A stretch of 64,000 bases of DNA from Rhabdothermincola salaria (GTDB lineage: Bacteria > Actinomycetota > Acidimicrobiia > Acidimicrobiales > Acidimicrobilacustridaceae), in assembly GCF_021246445.1 (NCBI RefSeq), contig NZ_JAJQXW010000002.1, forward strand, positions 310,001 through 374,000. Direction: 5' to 3'. Position numbers and translations under genes: made by a program. Positions 36,897 to 48,134 of this stretch are shown here, piece after piece. Under the pieces are notes generated by a model. That model ran no database searches, was not told the DNA's origin, and was given only the letters and a program-made list of their open reading frames with translations. The stretch's first letter is position 1; each line of letters begins with the position of its first letter.

Positions 36897-37673
36897 TCAG
36901 ACCTCGTCGCAGCTGCCGCCCGCCGCCCGCTCGGCGACGAGCGTGCCGTCGAGCGTGATCTCGAGGGCGACCGTGTCGTCGAGGTCGGTGGCGTCGGCCA
37001 CCAGCCCGGCCAGCTCGTCGCACAACGCCATGGCGTCGGCGCCCTCGACCCCTTCGGCCTCGAAGCCCGCCGTCACCGTCGAACCGCCGCTGATGCCCAT
37101 GCCGCTGCTGCTCGGTTCGAAGCCCTCGTCCTCGAGGTAGGCGACCATGGCCTCGCGGAGCTCGCCGCTGTCGAGGTCGTCCATGGCCGAGCCGGAGGAG
37201 GGGACGGGATCGCCGTCCGGGTCGGCGTCGCCCACGGGCTCGTCGGTGTCGGACTCGACCATCTCGAAGGCATCGTCCTCGAAGCCGCAGGTCTCGGTGA
37301 GGTAGGTGTCGAGCGTCTCCCCGGCGGAGATGACCTCCGGGTTGAACATCAGCGCCATCACCTCACCGAAGGCGTCGGGGTCGTCCTCGTCGAGCCCCTC
37401 CATGTCCTCGGCGATGTTGCCGAGGGTCTCCAGCGCCGAGGACACCTCTTCGTTCGGAGCCCGGTCGGCGAGGTCGCGCAGCTGGGCCAGCGCCTCGGCG
37501 TCGAGCTCGTCGCTGCCCTCGCCGGCGGCGTCGGCCTCCTCGAGCGCTTCGAGCTCGGCGCAGAACTCCTCGTCGGAGAGGGTCCCGTCGTCACCACCGC
37601 CGCACGCGGCGAGCAGGAGGGACAGGGTGGAGACCCCGGCGACCAGGGCGGTGAGGGAGCGTCGGCGAGCCAT
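36897..37673 (-). CDS. Acidic lipoprotein of unknown function
   Basis: MARRRSLTAL...LAAC lipobox; D/E-rich; TAACGT 8 nt before ATG. Confidence 0.75.
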   Translation of the reverse strand: MARRRSLTALVAGVSTLSLLLAACGGGDDGTLSDEEFCAELEALEEADAAGEGSDELDAEALAQLRDLADRAPNEEVSSALETLGNIAEDMEGLDEDDPDAFGEVMALMFNPEVISAGETLDTYLTETCGFEDDAFEMVESDTDEPVGDADPDGDPVPSSGSAMDDLDSGELREAMVAYLEDEGFEPSSSGMGISGGSTVTAGFEAEGVEGADAMALCDELAGLVADATDLDDTVALEITLDGTLVAERAAGGSCDEV

Positions 37674-37725
37674 GCCGGTTGACGTTACGCGACGACCAGC
37701 ACGGCTCGCTCGCCGTTGCGCCGGC

Positions 37726-40023
<2,298 letters not shown>

Positions 40024-40088
40024 TCACTTCCGCCACCGTCCCTCTCACTTCGCGAGCATCACTTCGCGGGTGCGCTCGGGGCGGGAGA

Positions 40089-41147
40089 TCAGTAGCCCCG
40101 CACGAGGTCGACCTCGTCGACGAGGGATCGACCGCGCAGGTGGCGGGCGAGGTTGTCGGCGACGTGACGGTAGAGGGCGGCGAACATCCCCGTGGGGGAG
40201 CTGGCGCAGTGGGCCGAGACGGCCAAGCCGGGCACGTCCCACAGCGGGTCGTCGGCCGGGAGCGGCTCGCGGTGGGCGACGTCGATGGCGGCGGCGCCGA
40301 GGTGGCCGGACCGCAGCGCGTCCACCAGCGCCGCCTCGTCCACGAGCGACCCTCGGCCCACGTTGACGAAGGTGGCACCCGGCCGCATGGCCCGGAAGGC
40401 GGCGGCGTCCATCATCCCGGCCGTCTCGGGTGTCTCGGGGACGGCGGCGACGACCGCGTCGCAACGGCCCAGCATCTCGTGGAGCCGGTCCGGTGCGAAG
40501 AAGGCCTCCACCGGTGGTTCGGGTGGGGCGCCCTCGGTGCGGCGGGTGGCCAGCACGGGCATGCCGAAGGCGTGGGCGCGGACGGCCACCGCCCGGTTGA
40601 TGGGCCCGTAGCCCAGCAACCCGATGGTTCGGCCCTGCAGCTGGGGGCCGTAGAGGGGCTCCCAGCGGTGCTCGACCTGCAGGGCGTCGAGTTCCCGGAA
40701 GCGCTTGGCCGCCTCCAGCAGCCGGCCGATCGCGAACTCGGCGATGCCCACGCTGTTGGCGCCGGCGTTGGAGGTGAGCCGGATCCCGGCGGGACCCAGG
40801 CCGGCGGACTGCAGCTGGGTCGTCCCGGCACCGACGGACTGCACCCATCGCAGCCGGGGGGCCAGCTCGGCCACGTCGAAGGGAAGGTCGATGGCGACCG
40901 CCACCTCGGCCCGGCCCAGGGCGGCACGCACCTCGTCCGGTACCGGGGGGGCATCGGCCCGCAACGACGGGTCGGTGTCGAGGCCGCGGGCGCTGCGCCG
41001 CTCGTGGTCCTCCACGTAGGTGGCCTGCACCACCTCGACCCGGGGATCGACGGCCTCGAGGGCGGCGACCGCCGCGTCGAACTCCCCCTCGGAACCGCAC
41101 CACTCGGGCGGGTGGAGGATGGCCACCACGACGGGCTCGCTGTCCAT
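40089..41147 (-). CDS. D-2-hydroxyacid dehydrogenase family protein
   Basis: GLLGYGPIN, NVGRGSLVDE, DV..EPLP and SAH motifs. Confidence 0.88.
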   Translation of the reverse strand: MDSEPVVVAILHPPEWCGSEGEFDAAVAALEAVDPRVEVVQATYVEDHERRSARGLDTDPSLRADAPPVPDEVRAALGRAEVAVAIDLPFDVAELAPRLRWVQSVGAGTTQLQSAGLGPAGIRLTSNAGANSVGIAEFAIGRLLEAAKRFRELDALQVEHRWEPLYGPQLQGRTIGLLGYGPINRAVAVRAHAFGMPVLATRRTEGAPPEPPVEAFFAPDRLHEMLGRCDAVVAAVPETPETAGMMDAAAFRAMRPGATFVNVGRGSLVDEAALVDALRSGHLGAAAIDVAHREPLPADDPLWDVPGLAVSAHCASSPTGMFAALYRHVADNLARHLRGRSLVDEVDLVRGY

Positions 41148-41187
41148 CGCCGGACCGTACCGCCCCACCCCGCCATTCCCCCCCCCC

Positions 41188-41241
41188 CGCTTCTTGCATG
41201 AGAACGTCGCTGTCCACGACGCCGATCTCATGCAAGAAGCG
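41188..41241. repeat. Intergenic inverted repeat with perfect 16-bp arms
   Basis: CGCTTCTTGCATGAGA(41188-41203)...TCTCATGCAAGAAGCG(41226-41241), inner CGTCG/CGACG stem, preceded by a C11 run. Confidence 0.85.
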
Positions 41242-41267
41242 AATGGGAGGGTGACAACCGGGGTGGA

Positions 41268-43109
41268 TCAGGGCGCGCCGTCGTCGGCCAGGAAGAGCGC
41301 CGTGGGCTGACCGCGTCGGGCCAGCTGCACGTAGCGCTCGACGTCGGTGGGGTCGAGCCCGGTGCCGTCGGCGGCCAGCAGCGGCCACGGCCCCCCGTTG
41401 AGCAGGCCGACCAGGTCGGGGCGATCCACGCCCTCGGCCTGCTGCATCAGACGACGCCGCAACGCCTCGCGCTCGGCCGCCTCCTCGGCGTCGAGCGGGT
41501 CGTAGCGGGCCAGCTCCACCCACCCCGGCGGGGCACCGTCGACGACCAACTCGGTGCCCGACACCACCCCCAGCCGGACGTCGGCCTGCACCGCCGGGTC
41601 TCCCTCACGGAAGGTGCCCCAGGCCAGGGCGTGCTCGGGGCCGACGACGACGGACCGTCCCTCCTCGATCAACACCAACCCGAGGCCCTCGACCACCCGG
41701 GTGTAGGGGTTGTCGCTGCCGATGGTGAAGGTGGCCCCCGCAGGCACGGCCGCCAGGGCCGCCTCCTCGAGCGCCCCGACGGCCCGTCCGGTGGACGACT
41801 CCGGCAGCGCCCGGCCGGGCAGGGTGAGTGCCACCAGCACCATGGGCACCACTCCCGCCACCGCCACCGCGCCCACCCAGGCCCGCGAGCCGGGCCGGGC
41901 GGCGGCCGGCCAGCGCGCTACGACCCACGGCGCCACCGCCCGCACCACGCCCAGCAGGACGGTGGCCCAGAGCGCGCCGGCCACGACGTGGACCCACACG
42001 AACAGGTACGGGAAGGCCGGTGGCGTCACCGCGGCGATGGCGGTGAGGGCCACCACCGCGGCGGTGGCCACCAGGCCGACCAGCCGCAGGACGGTGTGGT
42101 CGCCTCGAGCCGTCGCCAGCGCGGCCGTGGCGGCGAGCGCGGCGATGGGAACGAGCAACCACCAGCCGCTCATCGCCTCGGTGGACCCGAGGATGGGCAC
42201 CACGACCTCGGGACCGCCCGCCCACGGCCCCCAGGGGAGCAGCTGGCGGCTGAGCAGACCGACGGCATCCGCCAAGCCGAGCGTGGCCCGGTCGCCGTCG
42301 GCGAACCACTCGAGCAGCGCGCCGATGTTGCCGGTGCGGGCCACCTGGTCGACGAGCACGGGCACCATGAGCAGGGCGGCGGCGGCGAAGGAGCCCCCCA
42401 CCACGACCACCGACCGCCGCGTCGGGGCCGGTCGGCCGGCCCGCCACCAGGGCACCAGGGCGAGCACCACGGCCACCACGCCGAGCGCGGCGACCACGGT
42501 GCCGTAGCCGACGTGGCTCTGGATGCAGAACACCGCGCTGACGGCGGCGACCGGCCACCCGGCGACGTCGCCGTCGGCGATGCACCACACGGCGACGAGG
42601 TAGGCCAGGAAGGCCAGCAGGGTGACATGGGGGTTCCACACCGACCAGATGACGTGGTCGTTGGCGGCGATCAGCGCCGCCATCAGGCCCATGGCCCCGG
42701 CGGCGCCCACGATGCCGACGCGACGAGCGGCGAGGACCACCACCGCCACCGCGGCCGAGGCGTTGATCACGATGGCCCCGGCGGTGGCGCCGGTGCCGGC
42801 GTCACCGAGGAGGCGGACCGGCACGGCGAGCAGCCAGAAGAGCAGCGGGCCGGGGTGGTTCCACCCGTAGCGGCTGTAGGCGCCGAGCAGCGGTGTGTCG
42901 CGGCCGACATCCCACGCGCGCAGCGAGATGAGGGCCTCGTCGCCACCGGGGTGCCACCACGGTCGAGTCCAGAGGACCACGAGGGCCACGACGAACGGGA
43001 CGAGCGTGACGGCGGCGAGCACCAGGAGGGCGACCGACGAGGGGTCCGACCGGAGCCGGGCGACGAGCGACGAGCGCGCCGGCGCCACGCCCGAAGTCGA
43101 GGCGGTCAC
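41268..43109 (-). CDS. Polytopic membrane protein, possible GT-C glycosyltransferase
   Basis: Many TM segments; N-terminal loop GDEA...PLLGAYSRYGWNHPGP; WNPH and QSH motifs. Confidence 0.6.
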   Translation of the reverse strand: MTASTSGVAPARSSLVARLRSDPSSVALLVLAAVTLVPFVVALVVLWTRPWWHPGGDEALISLRAWDVGRDTPLLGAYSRYGWNHPGPLLFWLLAVPVRLLGDAGTGATAGAIVINASAAVAVVVLAARRVGIVGAAGAMGLMAALIAANDHVIWSVWNPHVTLLAFLAYLVAVWCIADGDVAGWPVAAVSAVFCIQSHVGYGTVVAALGVVAVVLALVPWWRAGRPAPTRRSVVVVGGSFAAAALLMVPVLVDQVARTGNIGALLEWFADGDRATLGLADAVGLLSRQLLPWGPWAGGPEVVVPILGSTEAMSGWWLLVPIAALAATAALATARGDHTVLRLVGLVATAAVVALTAIAAVTPPAFPYLFVWVHVVAGALWATVLLGVVRAVAPWVVARWPAAARPGSRAWVGAVAVAGVVPMVLVALTLPGRALPESSTGRAVGALEEAALAAVPAGATFTIGSDNPYTRVVEGLGLVLIEEGRSVVVGPEHALAWGTFREGDPAVQADVRLGVVSGTELVVDGAPPGWVELARYDPLDAEEAAEREALRRRLMQQAEGVDRPDLVGLLNGGPWPLLAADGTGLDPTDVERYVQLARRGQPTALFLADDGAP

Positions 43110-43110
43110 G

Positions 43111-43545
43111 TCAGGCGCAGCGGGCGCAGTGCCCGACCAGGTCGAGGCGGTGGTGGGTGCCCTCGAACCCGGCGTCGTCGGCCGCCGTCGTCAGGGCGGC
43201 GTCGAGGGCCTGCTCGACCTCGGCGGGCAGGGTGAAGTCCTCCACCGCCCCGCAGCCCGTGCAGAGGAGGTGATGGTGGTGGCCGGTGAGGTCCTCGGCC
43301 AGCTCGTAGCGGGCGAACTCGTCGGTGGCCACCACCTTGCGCACCACACCGGCGCCCTCGAGCACGGCGAGGTTGCGGTAGACCGAGCTCTGGGCCAACT
43401 CGTCGCCGAGGTCGAGGACCTCGGCCAGGGCCAGCGGCCGATCGGCATCGCCCAGGATGCCCACGATGGCGCGACGGTTGCGGGTGTAGCGCTGGCCGTC
43501 GGCAGCCAGGCGCTCGGAGGTGATCTCGTGGAGGTCTGCCCGCAT
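43111..43545 (-). CDS. Fur-family metalloregulator
   Basis: RYTRNR, SSVYRNL, HHHHLLCTGCG and C-terminal CARC. Confidence 0.9.
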   Translation of the reverse strand: MRADLHEITSERLAADGQRYTRNRRAIVGILGDADRPLALAEVLDLGDELAQSSVYRNLAVLEGAGVVRKVVATDEFARYELAEDLTGHHHHLLCTGCGAVEDFTLPAEVEQALDAALTTAADDAGFEGTHHRLDLVGHCARCA

Positions 43546-43607
43546 CGACCCATCCTAGCAAAAGTGAGAATCGCTGAGAACGCGCCGGACCCTGGTACAC
43601 AGCTGAG

Positions 43608-44621
43608 GTGAGCGAACGTCCCCCGGCCGACGGCTCGGACCCCATCCCCCCGCCGCCCCCTCCGCCCCCGCCCCCACCTCCGCCCCCTCCGCCCCCTCCG
43701 CCCCCGACGGAGAGCACCCCGTCGCCCGGTTCGAGCCACGGCACCGGCCTCGAACCGGCCGCCACCCCCGGACGGCACCTGTCCCTGACGGACCTGCCGC
43801 CCGCCGTCGCCGACAAGCTGCGCTTCGAGAACGCCGCGCCCCGACGACTGCGTGACGATCACCTGCCCCTGGAGGTCCGCGACGAGTTGGCCGGGCTGTG
43901 GGACGGCATCGTGGCCGACGTCTACGACGAGGTGGCCGGCATGGGCCGCCGCAAGGCCTTCAGCCGCGAACAGGTGCAACAGGTCATCGATCGCGTCGGC
44001 CACCGCTTCCTCCAGGCCGAGCGGGTGGTGATCGTGGCGGCCGTGCACAAGCCCCTCAAGGGCGATCGCAGCTGGAAGCACGTGGCGGTGGGCGGGGCCG
44101 GCGGAGCCGCGTCGGCCACCGCCGAGTCCATCGCCGCCTACGGCACCGTGGGCACGGCCACGACCACGGCCATCGTGGCGGCCATCGCCGGCGAGGTGCT
44201 CGAGACCTACGTCGCCGCGTCGGCCCGGGTGCAGCAGTACCACCGGGCCCAGCGCTCGCCCGATCCCGGCGTGATCGTCACCGACCTGGCCGAGGCCGCC
44301 GGCTACGGCGACGCCGTGTCACGTCGGGCCACCAACACCGTGGCGCGCGATGCCGCCAAGTGGCTCGGTGAGGCCCTGCTCGAACGCACCACCCGCCGCT
44401 TCCTGCGCGGGCTCGTGCCCGTGGTCGGCATCGCCGTCGGAGGCACGATGTCGGCCGTCTCGGTGCGCAGGGTCACCAAGCTCCCCCTGCGGGCCCCGTC
44501 CGAGGACGAGCTCCTCCGCCTGGCCAACGACCTCGTGTACCCGCTCGACGAACGTGAGGGCCTCGAACCGGGCCAGGGCGACGGCGGTCAGGCCACCCCG
44601 GACGACCACAGCTCGGACTGA
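43608..44621 (+). CDS. Hypothetical protein with an N-terminal 20-Pro tract (EcsC-like C-terminal part)
   Basis: 20 consecutive Pro codons at 43647-43706; VPVVGIAVGG near the C-terminus. Confidence 0.7.
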   Translation: MSERPPADGSDPIPPPPPPPPPPPPPPPPPPPPTESTPSPGSSHGTGLEPAATPGRHLSLTDLPPAVADKLRFENAAPRRLRDDHLPLEVRDELAGLWDGIVADVYDEVAGMGRRKAFSREQVQQVIDRVGHRFLQAERVVIVAAVHKPLKGDRSWKHVAVGGAGGAASATAESIAAYGTVGTATTTAIVAAIAGEVLETYVAASARVQQYHRAQRSPDPGVIVTDLAEAAGYGDAVSRRATNTVARDAAKWLGEALLERTTRRFLRGLVPVVGIAVGGTMSAVSVRRVTKLPLRAPSEDELLRLANDLVYPLDEREGLEPGQGDGGQATPDDHSSD

Positions 44622-44676
44622 TGCCCGACCGCCCGGGTAGCCCGCCCCGGCTGCTTCGCCGTCTACATTCTCGGAC

Positions 44677-45504
44677 GTGCGCCATCGTTCGTCTCCCCTC
44701 CGTGCCGGCCTCCTCCTGCTCGCGCTCCTCGCCGTGACGGCGGCGGCCTGCGGCGACGACAGCGGTGACGGCTCCGCCACCGAGCCGCCCCGGGAGGCTG
44801 ACGCGTCCGCTCCCATCGGCAACTTCGTGCTCGAGTCCTACCGCGGTCCCGACGGCACCGTGCCCGCCGTCGAGGGCTCCGAGGCGGTGCTGGTCCTGGC
44901 CCCCGACTCGTTCAACGCCGACACCGGCTGCAACGTGCTCAACGGCACGGTGGACGCCACCGACCCTCCTGCCATCACCTTCGAGCCCGGCCAGATGACT
45001 CTGCGGGGCTGCGTCGACCCCGCCGTCACCGCCCAGGAGCAGGCCCTCGTCGACGGCCTGGCACGGGTCACCGACTTCGAGCTCGAGGGCGAGACCTTCA
45101 CCCTCCTCGACGAAGCCGGGGACGTCCTGTTCACGTTCGTCGCCGGCCTGGCGGGGCTGGAGGGCACCGGCTGGACCGTCACGGGGGTGAACACCGGGAA
45201 CGCCCTCGAGGGCACCGACCTCACCGGGGCCCTGTCGCTGGAGTTCGCGGCCGACGGCACGGTGAGCGGCAACGGAGGCTGCAACTCGTTCAGCGGCTCG
45301 TTCACCACCGACGGCGACACGATCGCCATCTCCGACATCGCCACCACGATGATGGCCTGCGAACCCGACGTGGCCACCCTCGAGCAGCAGTACACCGCCG
45401 CCCTCGAGACCGCCACCACCTTCGAGCTGGCCGGCACCACCCTCACCCTCCGCGACGACGAGGGGGCCATGCAGGTCACCCTCACCCTCGCCTCGGAGAG
45501 CTGA
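44677..45504 (+). CDS. Tandem META-domain (HslJ-like) lipoprotein
   Basis: Lipobox AAAC; two GCN...T.(R/M)(G/A)C domains. Confidence 0.85.
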   Translation: MRHRSSPLRAGLLLLALLAVTAAACGDDSGDGSATEPPREADASAPIGNFVLESYRGPDGTVPAVEGSEAVLVLAPDSFNADTGCNVLNGTVDATDPPAITFEPGQMTLRGCVDPAVTAQEQALVDGLARVTDFELEGETFTLLDEAGDVLFTFVAGLAGLEGTGWTVTGVNTGNALEGTDLTGALSLEFAADGTVSGNGGCNSFSGSFTTDGDTIAISDIATTMMACEPDVATLEQQYTAALETATTFELAGTTLTLRDDEGAMQVTLTLASES

Positions 45505-45516
45505 GGGGACCGGCGC

Positions 45517-45780
45517 TCAGACCAGCGCCACGATGCCGCCGGTGGCCAACACGACCAACAGGGCCCCCCCGACCAGGGCGAAGCGGCGGTCCCCCGTCCG
45601 CGCCCAGTCGATGGTGAGCCAGGCCACCCGCACGACCGGGGCGCCGGCCAGCACCACCAGGGCGGCGACCGCGCTGGCCGTGCCGGCGCGGCCCGGCAGG
45701 AAGGCGCCCCCGAGGGCCAGCACGAACGCCAGGCCGAGCGCGACCCGGAAGATCCCGGCCAGGCGGGCCAGGTCGTTCAT
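45517..45780 (-). CDS. Small membrane protein, DUF1634-like partner of TauE
   Basis: 87 aa with 3 TM segments; APVVRVA...GDRRFAL; ATGA overlap with tauE. Confidence 0.65.
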   Translation of the reverse strand: MNDLARLAGIFRVALGLAFVLALGGAFLPGRAGTASAVAALVVLAGAPVVRVAWLTIDWARTGDRRFALVGGALLVVLATGGIVALV

Positions 45781-46595
45781 CCCCGCACCAGCAACACGAG
45801 GCCGACGACCACGAGCAGCACGGCCAGGACCCGGCGCACGACGGGCGGGGACATCACCGCCTGGAGGCGGGCGCCCAGAACACCACCCACGATGCTGGCG
45901 GCGGCCACGAGCGCGGCGTCGGACGCGATGACGCGGCCCTGGGAGGCGAAGACCGCCAGGGCCACGGCGCTGGTGATGCCCACCGTGAACGTGGTGGTGG
46001 CCGCGGCCACCTTCACCGGCACGTGCATGACCTCGGTGGTGACCGGCGTCTTCACGAAACCGCCGCTCACACCGGACAATCCGGCGATGATCCCGGCGGC
46101 GGCCATCCCCAACATGCCCACCGGCACGCGGCGGGCCCGGTACGGCACGAAGGCGTCGCCGAGCGGATAGACGCCGGCGAGGGTGCCCGGTCGCTCCCCG
46201 ACATCGGCGTCGGTGAGCTCGGGGTCGGGCGGGTTGCGCACGCCCTTGCGGCTGGCGCCGGCCAGCGCCGCCACGATGGCCACCAGGCCGAGCATGACCG
46301 AGAGGACGCGTTCGGCCACCAGGCCCGAGATCAAGGCGCCCACGAGCGCGGCCGCCGAGCCGGCGATCTCGGTGCTCACCGCCAGACGGTGGTTCACCAC
46401 CCGGTCGGTGAGCTGCCGGGGCGCGGCGGCCAGCGAGCCCGCGGCCACCGAGACCAGGCCGAGGGGTGCGGCCAGCCAGGGATCGACCCCGGCGACGACG
46501 AGGATGGGCACCAGCAGCACCGCCCCGCCCAGACCGCCGAGGGCTCCCAGGGACGCCGTGGCGAGGGCGGCGACGGCGAGGGCGACGGGATGCAC
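45777..46595 (-). CDS. Sulfite exporter TauE/SafE family
   Basis: GLGGAVLLVP, GVSGGFVKTP and PVKVAAAT. Confidence 0.88.
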   Translation of the reverse strand: MHPVALAVAALATASLGALGGLGGAVLLVPILVVAGVDPWLAAPLGLVSVAAGSLAAAPRQLTDRVVNHRLAVSTEIAGSAAALVGALISGLVAERVLSVMLGLVAIVAALAGASRKGVRNPPDPELTDADVGERPGTLAGVYPLGDAFVPYRARRVPVGMLGMAAAGIIAGLSGVSGGFVKTPVTTEVMHVPVKVAAATTTFTVGITSAVALAVFASQGRVIASDAALVAAASIVGGVLGARLQAVMSPPVVRRVLAVLLVVVGLVLLVRG

Positions 46596-46626
46596 GATCC
46601 CACGTTACGCGACCACGACCTCCAAG

Positions 46627-46642
46627 ACACCCCCCGGGGTAT
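46627..46642. promoter_or_regulatory. CsoR/RcnR/CstR-family operator candidate
   Basis: Minus strand reads ATACCCC-GG-GGGGTGT, a 7-2-7 palindrome with one mismatch, in the -35 region of the tauE promoter (-10 TAACGT at 46602-46607). Confidence 0.6.
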
Positions 46643-46721
46643 ATCACGTCCCGCTGGGCGGGTCGCCCTCGTACCGGCGCGTCCCCGCGCCTACCGTGAC
46701 CGAGGACGAGAGGGGGACGCG

Positions 46722-48134
46722 ATGGGGGACCTGTTCGACGCGTTGGTGGCCCGCCTGGGCGCCCAGGCCGTGCTGGCCGGGGAGAACATCGGCGACGACT
46801 GGGGCCACGACGAAGCCCTCACCGCCACACCCCGGCGACCCGACCTCGTCGTGCATCCGACCGACACCGAGGCGGTCGCCGCCGTGGTGGCCCTCGCCGC
46901 CGAGCACCACGTCCCCGTCACCGCCCGGGGCAGCGGCACCGGGCTGTCGGGCGCGTGCATCCCCCGCCACGGCGGGATCGTCGTCGCGTTCGACCACATG
47001 GACCGGATCCTCGAGATCGACCTCGACAACCACGTGGCGGTGGTCCAGCCCGGCGTCACCCTCGAGCGCCTCGACGCCGCGGTCGCCCCCCACGGCCTCG
47101 TCTACCCGGTGTTCCCGGGCGAGAACAGCGCCAGCCTCGGCGGCAACGTGGCCACCAACGCCGGGGGCATGCGGGCCGTGAAGTACGGGGTCACCCGCCA
47201 CCAGGTCCTGGGCCTCGAGGCGGTGCTCGGCACCGGCGAGGTGATCCGCAGCGGCGGCAAGTTCGTGAAGTCCACCAGCGGCTACGACCTCACCCAACTG
47301 GTGATCGGCTCGGAGGGCACCCTCGCCCTCGTCACCGAAGCCACCCTGCGCCTCTACCCCAGGCCCGCCCACACGGCCACGTTGCTGGCCCCGTTCGGGT
47401 CGATGGAGGCCATCGCCGGCTCGGTGCCCCACATCGTCGGTCGCGGGGTGGATCCCATGATCATGGAGTACATCGACCTGGTGGCCATGGCCGGCATCGA
47501 GGCGGCCAGCGGCTTGGAGCTGGGTGTCGATGCCGAGGTGCGGGCCGAGACCCTCGCCTACCTGGTGGTCGTGCTCGAGGACCGCTCCGCGACCCGCCTC
47601 GACGAGGACGTCGAGGAGGTGGCCACCATGCTCGGCGAGCTCGGGGCCCTCGACGTCTACGCCCTGCCCCCGCAGGCCGGCGCCTCCCTCATCGCCGCTC
47701 GCGAGCGGGTGTTCTGGGCGGCCAAGGCCAACGGGGCGAACGACATCATCGACATGGTCGTGCCCCGCGCCGACATCCCCGCCTACCTGGCCCGGGTGGC
47801 CGAGCTGGCGGCCGAGTCGGCGTCGTTCATCGTGGGGTGCGGGCACGTGGGCGACGGCAACGTGCACCTGTCCATCTTCCAGGGCGACCCCGAGGTCCGC
47901 GACCGGGTGCTGCACGACCTGTTCGCCGCCGGCATGGCGCTGGGCGGCGCCATCTCCGGCGAGCACGGCATCGGCAGCGAGAAGCGCTCGTACCTGCACG
48001 ACCTCGAGGACCCGGCCAAGCTGGCCCTCATGGCCCGCATCAAGACCGCGTTCGACCCCCACGGCATCCTCAACCCGGGTGCCATCTGGGACACGCCCAC
48101 CCCGGCCCCGCCGGGTATCGGGGTGACGGCGTGA
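46722..48134 (+). CDS. FAD-linked oxidase, GlcD/D-lactate dehydrogenase-like
   Basis: RGSGTGLSG, TNAGG...KYG, GSEGTL, GHVGDGNVH and GEHGIG. Confidence 0.9.
   Translation: MGDLFDALVARLGAQAVLAGENIGDDWGHDEALTATPRRPDLVVHPTDTEAVAAVVALAAEHHVPVTARGSGTGLSGACIPRHGGIVVAFDHMDRILEIDLDNHVAVVQPGVTLERLDAAVAPHGLVYPVFPGENSASLGGNVATNAGGMRAVKYGVTRHQVLGLEAVLGTGEVIRSGGKFVKSTSGYDLTQLVIGSEGTLALVTEATLRLYPRPAHTATLLAPFGSMEAIAGSVPHIVGRGVDPMIMEYIDLVAMAGIEAASGLELGVDAEVRAETLAYLVVVLEDRSATRLDEDVEEVATMLGELGALDVYALPPQAGASLIAARERVFWAAKANGANDIIDMVVPRADIPAYLARVAELAAESASFIVGCGHVGDGNVHLSIFQGDPEVRDRVLHDLFAAGMALGGAISGEHGIGSEKRSYLHDLEDPAKLALMARIKTAFDPHGILNPGAIWDTPTPAPPGIGVTA

Noticed and set aside
43106..43816. Poly-glycine ORF on the minus strand
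   Set aside because: It is the antisense of the poly-Pro tract and overlaps fur out of frame.
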